Position numbers and translations under genes: made by a program. The notes below the pieces were generated by a model. The model was not told where the DNA came from, did not search any database, and was given only the letters and a program-made list of their open reading frames with translations. Below are positions 31,833-42,146 of a DNA stretch of 64,000 nt, one piece after another; position 1 is the first letter of the stretch; the number at the start of each line of letters is the position of its first letter. The stretch is taken from NCBI GenBank assembly GCA_963729045.1, contig CAVSMN010000015.1, positions 139,474 to 203,473 of the forward strand, read 5' to 3'. Source of the DNA: an uncultured Nitrososphaeraceae archaeon (GTDB lineage Archaea; Thermoproteota; Nitrososphaeria; Nitrososphaerales; Nitrososphaeraceae).

Positions 31833-33699
31833 TGTTGTAATAATTGGCGGCGGTTCTGCAGGTCTAGCTGCATTAAAGCAACTATCCTCTCAGGGAATTC
31901 AGGCAGTATTGATAGAAGCAGGATCTCCTGTAGGTTCAAAGAACGTCTCAGGTGGTATACTGTATTCAAAAAATCCTCAAACTGGTAAGGTTTATAATGT
32001 TGATGATATATTTGAAAATTTCCTACAGGAAAAACCATGGGAAAGACAAATTACAAAATATATCCTAAATTGTGTATCTAAAGACAAAGTCCTGTCAATC
32101 GATTTGACAGATTCCCATGATTATCAATCTAATTTTGGTTGTTCTGTGTTATTAAATAAATTAAACTCTTGGTTTGCCAAACAATCTTTGGAGTCTGCGG
32201 AAAGAAATGGCGGAGGCATCGTAAGTGGAGTTCATGTTAGAAATATCAGATGGGATGATGAAAAAGGCAAAACAATTATCGAAACAGACGAGTTAGATGA
32301 TTTTGAAGCCAAAGCTGTTATTGCTTCTGACGGAGTAAATTCAGAGATTGCAGAAATTACAGGAGCACGACAAAAATTTTCACCCCCGGAGTTATATCAA
32401 GGGGTAAAGGTTGTTATCAAATTACCAGAAGAAATAATAGAAGAAAGATTTAATCTAAATCCTGGGGAAGGAACAGCCCATATTTTTGCTGGCGACGTAA
32501 CTCTCGATCACATTGGGGGAGGTTTTTTATATACCAATCTTGATTCTCTATCTGCGGGAGTTGTATATCATTATGACTCTTTGATTTCAAATCCAACAGG
32601 ACCAAACAATCTTGTAAACGCGCTTCTAAATAATCCATTTGTCAAAGAATATATCAAAGATGAAGTAGCCTTAGAACCCTATCCAGACAAAACCTTATCT
32701 AAGATGGAACAATTACGCATTAAATTTGCAGTCAATAAACAGATAAAAAAATGGGAGAAATTGAGATTTGATTATTATTCGCATGAGGGCAAAAAGAGAT
32801 TTCTTGAAGATAAAGAATTCAATTCTATCGAGGAGGCAAAGTCAAAAATGGATGCTATTCACAAGGAATTACTTGAAAAATATAATACTAGATTTGAAAC
32901 AGATTATGTAGAATTAGAGTATAGTACGAAATTAATTCCGGACGGAAAACGCTGTAGAATGAAAAAGCCCTATATCAAAAACATATTATTCATAGGTGAT
33001 GCTGCAGGAAGAGGATTATTCATTGGACCACGAATCGAGGGATTAAATGTAGGAATTGATGATGCAGCAAGAGCATCTAACGCGATAAAACAAGCGTTAG
33101 AAAAAAATAATCTTGATATTACATCAAACTATTTGGGTGAGCTTTATTCACAGTCTGTCCAACAAAGTCCTTATACAAGGGATATGGAAAGGATAGACAA
33201 GTATTATATCAAAACAATAATCGATGCTGCAGGCAAGCAAATTCCACCCCAACAGATAGGCAAGTATGGATTTCTTTTTAAGTTGTTTCTAAATGATAAA
33301 TTAAGAAACGTGTCTATTGACATTGTTAACAAAATAGGGTACAATAATATGTTATCACTAATAGAATCAAAAGAGACATACATAAATACTCCAATAAATC
33401 TCGCAGAAAAACTCGGTACCAAAACCATCTCTGAATATTCAATATCTATTCCAGAATTATCTCAACGGATATCGAGTTTAAGTTACAATGATGATCCACA
33501 AAGTCATATCAAAATAACAAACTCAAAAAGCGAATTTATGAAAAAAATGGTTACACTTTGTCCAACTAAATGCTACAGTCTTGAAGGAGAGGATGTAGTT
33601 TTGCAACATGAGGGTTGCATAGAATGTGGGACATGTTCCCCAGAAACAGAATGGAGACATCCAAGAGGTGAAAAAGGAATACAATACAAGTATGGATAA
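31819..33699 (+). CDS. fixCX: FixC-FixX fusion (ETF:quinone oxidoreductase plus ferredoxin)
   Basis: GGGSAG FAD motif, GSKNVSGG, SDGVNS, GGGFLYTN, LEYS..IP and IGDAAG. C-terminal CPTKCY...CIECGTC...WRHPRGEKGIQYKYG matches the FixX signature. Confidence 0.9.
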   Translation: MEQFDVVIIGGGSAGLAALKQLSSQGIQAVLIEAGSPVGSKNVSGGILYSKNPQTGKVYNVDDIFENFLQEKPWERQITKYILNCVSKDKVLSIDLTDSHDYQSNFGCSVLLNKLNSWFAKQSLESAERNGGGIVSGVHVRNIRWDDEKGKTIIETDELDDFEAKAVIASDGVNSEIAEITGARQKFSPPELYQGVKVVIKLPEEIIEERFNLNPGEGTAHIFAGDVTLDHIGGGFLYTNLDSLSAGVVYHYDSLISNPTGPNNLVNALLNNPFVKEYIKDEVALEPYPDKTLSKMEQLRIKFAVNKQIKKWEKLRFDYYSHEGKKRFLEDKEFNSIEEAKSKMDAIHKELLEKYNTRFETDYVELEYSTKLIPDGKRCRMKKPYIKNILFIGDAAGRGLFIGPRIEGLNVGIDDAARASNAIKQALEKNNLDITSNYLGELYSQSVQQSPYTRDMERIDKYYIKTIIDAAGKQIPPQQIGKYGFLFKLFLNDKLRNVSIDIVNKIGYNNMLSLIESKETYINTPINLAEKLGTKTISEYSISIPELSQRISSLSYNDDPQSHIKITNSKSEFMKKMVTLCPTKCYSLEGEDVVLQHEGCIECGTCSPETEWRHPRGEKGIQYKYG

Positions 33700-34095
33700 A
33701 TTCATCTCTCGGCCCTATTACGCCTTAAACTAATTTCATCTTCTGACCTGGTATATTTTATTTTACTTTGTTAAAACTCTAATTCCACTATTAAAGAAGG
33801 ATAACATTTATCTATTTTCCTATGTTTTTTTAGCTTTGTAAATAAGATAGTTATTATAGTAACTTTGAAATGATTTGACCGTTAAGGAATTAATCAACAA
33901 AGAGAATCGAGCATGGGGGTTAACAATAAAAGAAAAGCTATTTTTTGCTAGGAAAAATCAGCTCTATCATGTGTAATATTTTAAGACATTTTTTGACTTA
34001 TTATTTAACAAATGATAAATAAATCTGTTAGCTATATATCAATTGTAAACAAAAATTGCAGACAAGTTTATCTTTTTTAATGTTGTCATATATCA

Positions 34096-35592
34096 ATGCA
34101 AGTAGAAAAAACCTTTAAAAATTCTGAAATGGATGTGATAAATGAATTAAAAAGATCTGGGATAAAATGGGTACGACTAAATTTTTGCGACCCTTTTGGA
34201 TTTCTTCATCAAATATCTGTAAACAGCACTGAAATTACAGAGGATGCATTTAAGCAGGGATTGCCTAGACTGGATGGTAGTTCCATAAAAGGATTCAAAG
34301 AGATATATGAATCAGACATGCTACTCAAACCAGACCCTTCCACTTTTGCAATCTTGCCAGAATATTTTGACAAGAATAATCATAACAGGAGAAATTATGC
34401 CTACCCTTCCATGGCTGCGCGTATGTTTGTTGATATTTATGACGGATATGGAGGGAGAAGGTATTCCAGAGATTGCAGATATATAGCACAAAAAGCAGAA
34501 GAATTCTTAAAGAACAAAGGTTTTGAGAAAAGTTATTGGGGACCTGAATTAGAATTTTTTGTATTCAATAAAATATCACTTCTTCCAAGTCCTATGTCTT
34601 CGGTAAATTGTTCTGGTGGATCAGGATATTCAATAGAGTCTGGAGAAGCACCATGGAATTCTTCAGGTGGTAATGATTATACGATCCCATTTAAAGGAGG
34701 ATATTTTCCCGCACCTCCAGCCGACAGTTTAACAGATTTAAGAGACGAAGTATCAGAAACACTGCAAGAATTTTTTGGAATACAAGTTGATGCACATCAT
34801 CATGAGGTTGCAACAGCCGGACAGTGTGAAATTCAAATGGTGTATGACGATCTTACTAGAATGGCGGATAAAGTTGTTACCTATAAGAAGACCGTAAAAG
34901 AAGTCGCTGCTAAACGTGAAATGATTGCAAACTTTATGCCCAAACCAGTTGCCCTTGACAATGGTTCAGGTATGCACGTAAGCCAGAGTTTATGGACAAA
35001 AAAGAAATACGGGCATGACGCAAACATGTTCTTTGATGTTTCCGACGATTACGCAGAACTAAGTCAAACAGCACATTACTATATTGGAGGCATAATAGAT
35101 CACGCTAGAGCACTATGTGCTTTAACAAATCCAACTACTAACTCATATCGAAGATTAGTCCCCGGCTTTGAGGCTCCAATTAACGTGGCGTGGAGTAAAA
35201 TGAATAGGTCAGCTAGCATCAGAATACCGTCTCATTATAAAAATATGGAGAAGCAAAAAAGAATAGAATATAGGACACCTGATCCGAGTTCAAACATTTA
35301 TCTTGTGGAGTCGGCTTTATTACTAGCAGGACTTGACGGAATCAACAAAAAAATATCTCCTCCAGACCACGTGGATAAAGATATCTACAAACTCACAGAG
35401 CAAGAAAAGAGAGAATATGGGATTAGAAAATTGCCTACCTCTTTGTTAGAAGCTATCGAGTCACTAGAATCTGATGCTGATTTTTTGAATCCTGTATTTG
35501 CAGCCGACTTTATTGAGATGTATTGTCAGATTAAAAAGGATGAGCATGCAGCAGTAGCCGCAATACCTTCGCCTAGAGAATTCTATATGTAA
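34096..35592 (+). CDS. glnA: Glutamine synthetase type I
   Basis: DGSSIKGF, GPELEFF, KGGYFP, HHHEVATAGQCEI, FMPKP..DNGSGMH, SYRRLVPGFEAP, NRSASIRIP and RIEYRTPDP. Confidence 0.96.
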   Translation: MQVEKTFKNSEMDVINELKRSGIKWVRLNFCDPFGFLHQISVNSTEITEDAFKQGLPRLDGSSIKGFKEIYESDMLLKPDPSTFAILPEYFDKNNHNRRNYAYPSMAARMFVDIYDGYGGRRYSRDCRYIAQKAEEFLKNKGFEKSYWGPELEFFVFNKISLLPSPMSSVNCSGGSGYSIESGEAPWNSSGGNDYTIPFKGGYFPAPPADSLTDLRDEVSETLQEFFGIQVDAHHHEVATAGQCEIQMVYDDLTRMADKVVTYKKTVKEVAAKREMIANFMPKPVALDNGSGMHVSQSLWTKKKYGHDANMFFDVSDDYAELSQTAHYYIGGIIDHARALCALTNPTTNSYRRLVPGFEAPINVAWSKMNRSASIRIPSHYKNMEKQKRIEYRTPDPSSNIYLVESALLLAGLDGINKKISPPDHVDKDIYKLTEQEKREYGIRKLPTSLLEAIESLESDADFLNPVFAADFIEMYCQIKKDEHAAVAAIPSPREFYM

Positions 35593-35606
35593 GAGAATTC
35601 TATATG
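35575..35606 (+). repeat. 15-bp direct repeat spanning the glnA stop codon
   Basis: AGAGAATTCTATATG at 35575-35589 and 35592-35606. Confidence 0.9.
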
Positions 35607-35625
35607 AGGAATGTTTAGGTAATAT

Positions 35626-37092
35626 ATGTCGTATCCTAAAGATATATTAGAAATCAAAAGAAATCTTCTAAAAGAGGTTTCTTCTACCTCCGTTGTTGCC
35701 AAGAATGATAATTTAAATTTCTTATATTACGATCAATCAAAAATTATTCTAGATGCAAGAAAAGCATTTGACGGTCTTATTCCTTATTCAGGGCTAGGCG
35801 CTAATTCCACAAATGATTATTTTTCTTCCATCGATCTCATTGGTGGATCTATTAAAACAGACGTTGATTATAGTAATGTCGATCTATCCTTAACTATTGG
35901 AGGCCTTTATTCAAACAGAAAAATAACCACGGATATTCCGTTTTTTGTCTCTGGTATGAGCTATGGGTCATTAAAACTTCCTGCAAAAATAGCATTGCAC
36001 CTAGCATTAAATCAGCTTGCTGATGACGGAATAAGAGTTATAATGAATACTGGGGAAGGAGGAGCACTACCTTGGGAAGTTCATGATTTTGACAATGGTG
36101 ATCCCAATATAACGGAATATGTATCTAGGCTACTTAAGGAACACAATTTAGACAGTATAGATAGAGAACAGCTTTTTCGCAGAAAGTATCCATTGGTGGT
36201 TCAATATGCATCAGGAAGATTTTGGAAAGATCCTGACTACTTGCTCAATGCAGATGCAATAGAGATCAAGATAGGACAAGGTGCAAAAATAGGACATGGT
36301 GGATTGTTACCAGGCTCAAAAGTGACAGAATTAGTGGCAGAAAACCGTGGTATACCTCCCTATAAGTCGGCTCATTCCCCATCAAGACACCTTGATATCT
36401 TGGGACCAGAAGATCTGGTTGCAAAAATTCTTGAGTTAAGAGAGCTTACTAACTGGAATGTTCCTATTATTGTAAAAGTGGGGGCATCAAGAGTTCATGA
36501 CGATATTGCCATAATACTCAAATCTTGTTCAGATGCAGCTGCTATTGATGGTTACGTAGGAGGTACTGGGGCTGCTCCTTGGGAGATTCGAGATAGTATA
36601 GGTGTAAACACAATACCTGCAATAAGGTTGGCTAAAGATGCAATAGACAATTATTATTCAGAGAGGGATATGGAAGAGTTTAAACTAATTGCTCATGGTG
36701 GCATTTGGGATTCAAAACGAATCGCAAAATGCATCGCTCTTGGGTCAAATGGAGTAGGTATAGGTACAGGGTTTCTCATATCGATGGGATGCACATTGGT
36801 TCAGGATTGTTATACCAATACTTGCCCTGCAGGATTAACTGGGTCGTATGAAAAATTAAACATACAATCCAGTGTAAAGAGAATAGTCAATTATATTAAG
36901 GGAACAAGGATCGAACTGCAAAATATCGTAGGTTCTTTAGGAAAGAATAGAATACGGGATCTCAACAAAGAGGATCTTTTTGCGACTGATGAGATATCCA
37001 ACTTGGTATCAGGATTATCTACAAACGATACGAATTACCATAACAAGATAAAGAGTAAGAATATACAGACACTAGGATGTATCGGAGATTAA
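35626..37092 (+). CDS. gltB2: Glutamate synthase FMN-binding subunit (archaeal split type)
   Basis: SGMSYGSL, NTGEGG, QYASGRF, EIKIGQGAKIGHGGLLPG.KV, DGYVGGTGAAP and the [3Fe-4S] motif CTLVQDCYTNTCPAG. Confidence 0.93.
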   Translation: MSYPKDILEIKRNLLKEVSSTSVVAKNDNLNFLYYDQSKIILDARKAFDGLIPYSGLGANSTNDYFSSIDLIGGSIKTDVDYSNVDLSLTIGGLYSNRKITTDIPFFVSGMSYGSLKLPAKIALHLALNQLADDGIRVIMNTGEGGALPWEVHDFDNGDPNITEYVSRLLKEHNLDSIDREQLFRRKYPLVVQYASGRFWKDPDYLLNADAIEIKIGQGAKIGHGGLLPGSKVTELVAENRGIPPYKSAHSPSRHLDILGPEDLVAKILELRELTNWNVPIIVKVGASRVHDDIAIILKSCSDAAAIDGYVGGTGAAPWEIRDSIGVNTIPAIRLAKDAIDNYYSERDMEEFKLIAHGGIWDSKRIAKCIALGSNGVGIGTGFLISMGCTLVQDCYTNTCPAGLTGSYEKLNIQSSVKRIVNYIKGTRIELQNIVGSLGKNRIRDLNKEDLFATDEISNLVSGLSTNDTNYHNKIKSKNIQTLGCIGD

Positions 37093-37097
37093 TAAAA

Positions 37098-38222
37098 ATG
37101 AATATCAAAGAAAAATTTATAATACGATCTTCAATCTTGGAATTAGCAGAAACAGGTCTTCCTCGCAATGTTTCCATAGATGATAAAATAAGACTTGAAC
37201 AAAAAAATGGTGATGAGCCAAAAACTGAAGACTTGTGGAATTGTATTACTGCATTAGGTGCACAACTATCGCGACCCCCATACGATCCATATCGAGAAAT
37301 AATTAATCTTGATATATCCATAGGTCGAAGACAATGTCCCAACAAAGTTATTCTATCAATGCCTTTGATAATTTATGATAATGACATGCAAATAGATGAA
37401 ACGACGTTAGAGTCACTCCACGTTGCGTTAAATAAGCTAAAGAACTTTAACACAAACTTGGGGCTTATTTCAGAAAAGAGAATAAAAAATAGAAATTACC
37501 CACATTTTAGAAGATTAAATGAAAGAACGGCAGTATTAGAGGAAGAAGAAGAAGACGATTATGGCACCGATGGCCTTGTATTTCAATGCAACGATGAAAA
37601 GTCCCTACAATTTCTGACTGATATAAGAAAAGAATTTAATGGGCCAATCCTTGTTGAGGTGGATAATTCTTTTGAAAGATTTCTTGGACCATTGTTAGAC
37701 GCAGGAGCTGATGGGATTATTGCAAATACTATCAAAATAACAAATAAATCAAAATACAAAGAAATGCATGCAATAAAAGTTATACACGATATAAGATGCG
37801 CGATAGACCAGTACTATGCTGGAAAGGAAAATGATGGGACAGTACTAATAGTTGCTGGAGACGTTAATAATACTGGAAGGATTGTAAGAGCTGCTGCATT
37901 AGGTGCAGATATCATTGGATACTCCACAAGCTTATTGATTGCTAATGCTGCTCATCACTATGAGGTTCAATCCAACCTGGATACAGTATCCGATAGGATA
38001 TACAAACACGTGTTGGCTACTAAGGGAGAACTTAAAGGAGTACCTGCCGCATTAGGATATAGTAATTTCTATAATCTTTCATCCTCAGATTTGCGTACAT
38101 CAAGTATTGAGGCAAGTATACAGGCAGATATTGCAATAGAAGGAACAAACAAAACTTATCGTCAAATAATTGAGGATTTTATATATAAGTATACGACAGA
38201 AGAACAACTGAGATCTGAATAA
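37098..38222 (+). CDS. Degenerate paralogue of the glutamate synthase FMN-binding subunit
   Basis: Retains AQLSRPPYDPYRE..LDISIG, LIVAGDV..GRIVRAAALGAD and ALGYSNFYNLS..DL. Lacks EIK.GQGAK and the Fe-S cysteines. The start is either 37077 or 37098. Confidence 0.75.
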   Translation: MNIKEKFIIRSSILELAETGLPRNVSIDDKIRLEQKNGDEPKTEDLWNCITALGAQLSRPPYDPYREIINLDISIGRRQCPNKVILSMPLIIYDNDMQIDETTLESLHVALNKLKNFNTNLGLISEKRIKNRNYPHFRRLNERTAVLEEEEEDDYGTDGLVFQCNDEKSLQFLTDIRKEFNGPILVEVDNSFERFLGPLLDAGADGIIANTIKITNKSKYKEMHAIKVIHDIRCAIDQYYAGKENDGTVLIVAGDVNNTGRIVRAAALGADIIGYSTSLLIANAAHHYEVQSNLDTVSDRIYKHVLATKGELKGVPAALGYSNFYNLSSSDLRTSSIEASIQADIAIEGTNKTYRQIIEDFIYKYTTEEQLRSE

Positions 38223-38286
38223 ATCTCAAAAACAGGAACTAGTTGAATATCTGTTGATAAATAGGTAATGGAGGGGTGGAAGGAAC

Positions 38287-39165
38287 ATGTGTGGAATTTG
38301 TGGGATTATATTAAAAGAACATACCGATTCAAATTTCTTAGTAGGTGCATTGCTTTACAAGATGATGGAAAGCCAGCAAGTAAGAGCACAAGATAGCGCC
38401 GGAATAGCCATTTATAATAATGACGAGAATTGTCAAAGTAATTCGTTTTCTAATCTTGCCTATCTTATGAAGTGTGAAAATGAATACGAGCTGAGGGAAG
38501 AAAGGACTACTACAGGATTTAAATATTCAAAAGAATCCGACCAACTAGTTTCCAGGTTAAAGAAAGACGAAAACGTTTCAATTATGGGTTATACTAAAGA
38601 AATGAAGTTGATAAAGAATGTGGGTCTAGTGAGAGACCTTGATAAAAAATACAATATAAGATCAATGAAAGGGACTCACGGGATTGGACATTTGAGAATA
38701 GCGACAAGCAGTAACGTCGATCCAAGCAATGCTCATCCATTTAGTACTACTGTTATGCCAGATATTGCAGTAGTACATAACGGAGAAATAGCAAATTATT
38801 CCAAATTAAGAAATATGCTAGAAATTAAAGGGTACCCCTTCTATTCTAGCTGTGATTCAGAGGTAATAGCAATATTTCTTGTTGATCAGCTATTACAGCA
38901 TGGCGACCTAAAAAGGGCGCATGATGAATTTATCCAAAAAGCTGATGGACCTTTTACATATATTGCTTCTACCAATCGTACATTGTCATTAGTAAGGGAT
39001 AGATTTGGAACAAGAAAGGGTATTGTGGGGTATAATCCTGGGTCAGATGGGATTCCTGCATTTTGGGCAATGGCGACGGATCTATCTGCATTGGATATCA
39101 TCGGAGCGAATAAAGACGTGAAAGCAGCGTCACCAGGTAAGTCGCTGATTTTTGCCATAGAATAA
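38287..39165 (+). CDS. gltB1: Class II (Ntn) glutamine amidotransferase subunit of glutamate synthase
   Basis: N-terminal MCGICG nucleophile, DSAG, GHLRIATS, NAHPF, HNGEIANY and DSEV. Confidence 0.9.
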   Translation: MCGICGIILKEHTDSNFLVGALLYKMMESQQVRAQDSAGIAIYNNDENCQSNSFSNLAYLMKCENEYELREERTTTGFKYSKESDQLVSRLKKDENVSIMGYTKEMKLIKNVGLVRDLDKKYNIRSMKGTHGIGHLRIATSSNVDPSNAHPFSTTVMPDIAVVHNGEIANYSKLRNMLEIKGYPFYSSCDSEVIAIFLVDQLLQHGDLKRAHDEFIQKADGPFTYIASTNRTLSLVRDRFGTRKGIVGYNPGSDGIPAFWAMATDLSALDIIGANKDVKAASPGKSLIFAIE

Positions 39166-39202
39166 ATAAATTAATAAGGCATGAATCAACGACCAAAGAT
39201 TA

Positions 39203-40127
39203 ATGTGTTACATGTTAGATATAGATGAACTTGGGTTAATAGTAAAAGAAATAGGTTCAAAAATATCTAATCCGGATACGCAATTTGAAAGGGTTAACAC
39301 TATATTTGAGCAACATTATGGGATAAAACTCCCAGATGGTATAAAACGTGCATCGATTGAAAAATTTGGAGATATTGTAAGCTCCCCACTGATAATGGAA
39401 CGAGCAATAAATTTAATCATAAGTAAAAAGGTGATCGAGGGCGAAACTAAGATCATAATAAAAAACCCACGGTCCCTATACAGAATAGGAATACTCAGTT
39501 TTGACAAGACAATAAAACTCGATCTAGTGGTAGATGGTAACGTAGGTAATTTTTTTGGAGCATTTTGCAATTTTGATGGCACATGGACAGTAAAAGGGAA
39601 CAGCGAGAATGGGTTGGCAGATAAAGGTTATAAGGGCAAAATAATTGTAGAGGGCTTTGCCACGGAATTGGCATGTCAAAATAATCAAGCAACTGAATTT
39701 AGTACCGGTGTGGACGTCTTGATCAAAAAAGGATGTATGGAAAGGGCGATGGGACAGGCAAGGGGTGGAAGACTGGTAACTTTTGGCGCAGGATATAATT
39801 CGGGGTTGTATATGTCAGGTGGTATATTGCTTAATTTGGGATTGCCAGGTGAATTATTTGGTCCAGGGATGGTTGGAGGCGTAATTTATTCTCCCAAACG
39901 GAACTACTGCAGCCGAAGGTGCACAAATTGATAGATTGTCAGTAGAAGATTACTCAATAATAAGAGAAACACTGCTGGTATTTGAAAAAGAACTGTGTAT
40001 TGAACAATTAAATGATTTTTCAATAGAAAACCCCATAATATCCCTAACGAATAAATCAATGGATGATAATCAAAAATACGATATGCGTGACTTTATCAAA
40101 ATAGTGCCTGATTTAAGATCACAATAA
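39203..40127 (+). CDS. gltB3: Glutamate synthase GXGXG beta-helix subunit, frameshift near 39900
   Basis: GNVGNFFG, G...RAMGQARGG, GAGYNSGLYMSGG and GPGMVGG. Removing one C continues the frame SPKGTTAAEGAQ into ORF 39936-40127. Confidence 0.88.
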
Positions 40128-40556
40128 CCTGAAATCTTCTTTCGCAGTAATTAAGACAATGTGGGTATTGGTTCTATCGATATATGGAAGTGATAAATCA
40201 TGCTTGACAAAATCACTTAACTCCGAACGATTCTTAAACTTTGCAATGATTATTAAATCAGTCAAGCCTGTAATATCATAAACTGCACAAACATTAGAAA
40301 ATTTTGAAATATGTCTTTGTACCTCAATTATTTTATTCTTAATGGCAGTAACTTCAATTACTGCTGTCAAATCAAACCCAATTTTTGCATAATCTACCAT
40401 TGCCGAATATGATTTTATTACCTCATCTCTTTCGAGTCTTGATATTCGATTAAGTACGGTAGGTGGAGAAATTCCCAATTCAAACGCTATTTTTCTATAC
40501 GAACTCCTAGCATCTGTTAGCAGTCTTCTTAATATTTTTGAATCTATTTCATCCAT
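40119..40556 (-). CDS. Lrp/AsnC family transcriptional regulator
   Basis: DEIDSKIL..L..DARSS, HTH ISPPTVLNRISRL and YDITGLTD. Confidence 0.95.
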   Translation of the reverse strand: MDEIDSKILRRLLTDARSSYRKIAFELGISPPTVLNRISRLERDEVIKSYSAMVDYAKIGFDLTAVIEVTAIKNKIIEVQRHISKFSNVCAVYDITGLTDLIIIAKFKNRSELSDFVKHDLSLPYIDRTNTHIVLITAKEDFRLL

Positions 40557-40979
40557 TGATAATTTCTCTATTATTGACTTTATAAATATAAAATGAATTT
40601 AACTTATTTTTGATAGATTTAAAATAGTATTGTCATAATACTTTTATTGTAAAAGATTTTCTAGCCTAATATTTTAGATTCTAAAAAGGTGGGCATGTAT
40701 GTCCAGTTCAATTATGCTTATTTTCCTATCCAGAAAATAAATTATAGATTGTCTTTCTTTTATCTTTAAAGGCTAAATATTAGTTTAAAATTTATACGAC
40801 TCGTGATTAATAGGGCATTTTCTACTCTAGTAATTTATTGGAATAATCAACAAAGTATTAGATAAAAGCTTGATAACAAAGTTACTTTGAAATTTAGAAA
40901 TTATTTAACTAACTAATAGCATCTATAAATTATTTCTGCAGTCATAAATAGAATTGTCTACTGACTATGATGATCAATA

Positions 40980-42146
40980 TTGGGAATAATTTTAATTCTA
41001 GTTCAAATAATTGTTATGTCTTTTGCTATTTGTACAATTATAAATAATAATGCTTTTAGCTTTTCCATTCCTGAGGAGATGGATTATTCCGTTCCATTTG
41101 ATTTTCTTTCCTCTGCCGAGGGTGATAGTTTAGCCCCTAATTCCCTCAATGATGATAATAGTACTAGTCCAAAAATGGATGATGCAAATTTTGCAGGCAG
41201 AGTCGACTCTGATATTTTTCTTGAACGTGAGAACGAGCATCTTAAAAACAATGATCATATTGACTACAAGTATGATAAAGATTTGAAGATTGATAATGTT
41301 ATGAGCAAGTTGATTGAACCTGAATCAAATAATGCTAAAAATGAATCAAATTCACAATTAGATTTCTACAAAAATAAGTATCAGGAAAAAAATGATGAAT
41401 TCAAAAGTGAAAACATAAAAAAAAATTCTAACATACCAATTAGTGATGGAAAAATTGCAGTAATCAATTTCGATGATAGCTGGAAAAGCCAATATGAAAA
41501 TGCAAAAGCTATACTTGATGAATATCAGTTCAAGTCTACGTTTTATGTTGTATGTGATTACATAGATGGAAAAAATAGATTGACTTGGAAGCAAGTACAA
41601 ACTTTACAAGAAGAAGGAAACGAGATAGGTTCTCACAGTATGAATCATGTAAATTTAGACCAAATAACACGGGATTCTAAATATAATGAAATCGTTGAGT
41701 CAAAGAAATGCCTTGAAGATAGAGGACTTAATATTAACAGTTTTTCGTATCCTTTCAATTCAGGTGATGATGACCAGGAATCTTTGGACTTGGTATCAAA
41801 TACTTATGATTTTGCTAGGACTGCAGGTGGCGATAGTCACACAGGTAGCGACCGTGTTGGAAGTCTTAAGGGCTATGAAAAATATACCATCGTGGGTTGG
41901 AGCCATGACGCCGAAAGAAATGAGAATAATTATTCTGATTTACAAATGCTAGATGCGTTCAAAGCATATGTAAATCAATATAGTGAAAAAAGTCACAGTG
42001 TTGGTAGCATACCCATAATAATTTATCATAATATTGATGATGATAGAGGTGAGTATAGCACGAGCATCGATTTATTTAGGTCTGAAATGAGATATCTTTA
42101 CGATAGTGGTTTCAAAACAGTTACAATGAATGAAGTATTTGGATGA
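40980..42146 (+). CDS. Secreted polysaccharide deacetylase (CE4/NodB-like)
   Basis: Signal peptide, INFDDSW, EIGSHSMNH, FSYPF and IIYH. Confidence 0.85.
   Translation: MGIILILVQIIVMSFAICTIINNNAFSFSIPEEMDYSVPFDFLSSAEGDSLAPNSLNDDNSTSPKMDDANFAGRVDSDIFLERENEHLKNNDHIDYKYDKDLKIDNVMSKLIEPESNNAKNESNSQLDFYKNKYQEKNDEFKSENIKKNSNIPISDGKIAVINFDDSWKSQYENAKAILDEYQFKSTFYVVCDYIDGKNRLTWKQVQTLQEEGNEIGSHSMNHVNLDQITRDSKYNEIVESKKCLEDRGLNINSFSYPFNSGDDDQESLDLVSNTYDFARTAGGDSHTGSDRVGSLKGYEKYTIVGWSHDAERNENNYSDLQMLDAFKAYVNQYSEKSHSVGSIPIIIYHNIDDDRGEYSTSIDLFRSEMRYLYDSGFKTVTMNEVFG

Noticed and set aside
29608..33699. Nitrogen fixation implied by the fix gene names
   Set aside because: There are no nif genes in the window, and FixABCX occurs widely outside diazotrophs.
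33900..34095. NrpR operator (GGAA-N6-TTCC) upstream of glnA
   Set aside because: No match was found by eye.
34096..40127. Methylamine N-methylglutamate pathway (gmaS plus mgsABC), which has a similar gene layout
   Set aside because: The synthetase has canonical GSI motifs (KGGYFP, HHHEVATAGQCEI), and no mgdABCD/sarcosine-oxidase-like genes or methylamine transporter are nearby. A phylogeny would be needed to exclude it formally.
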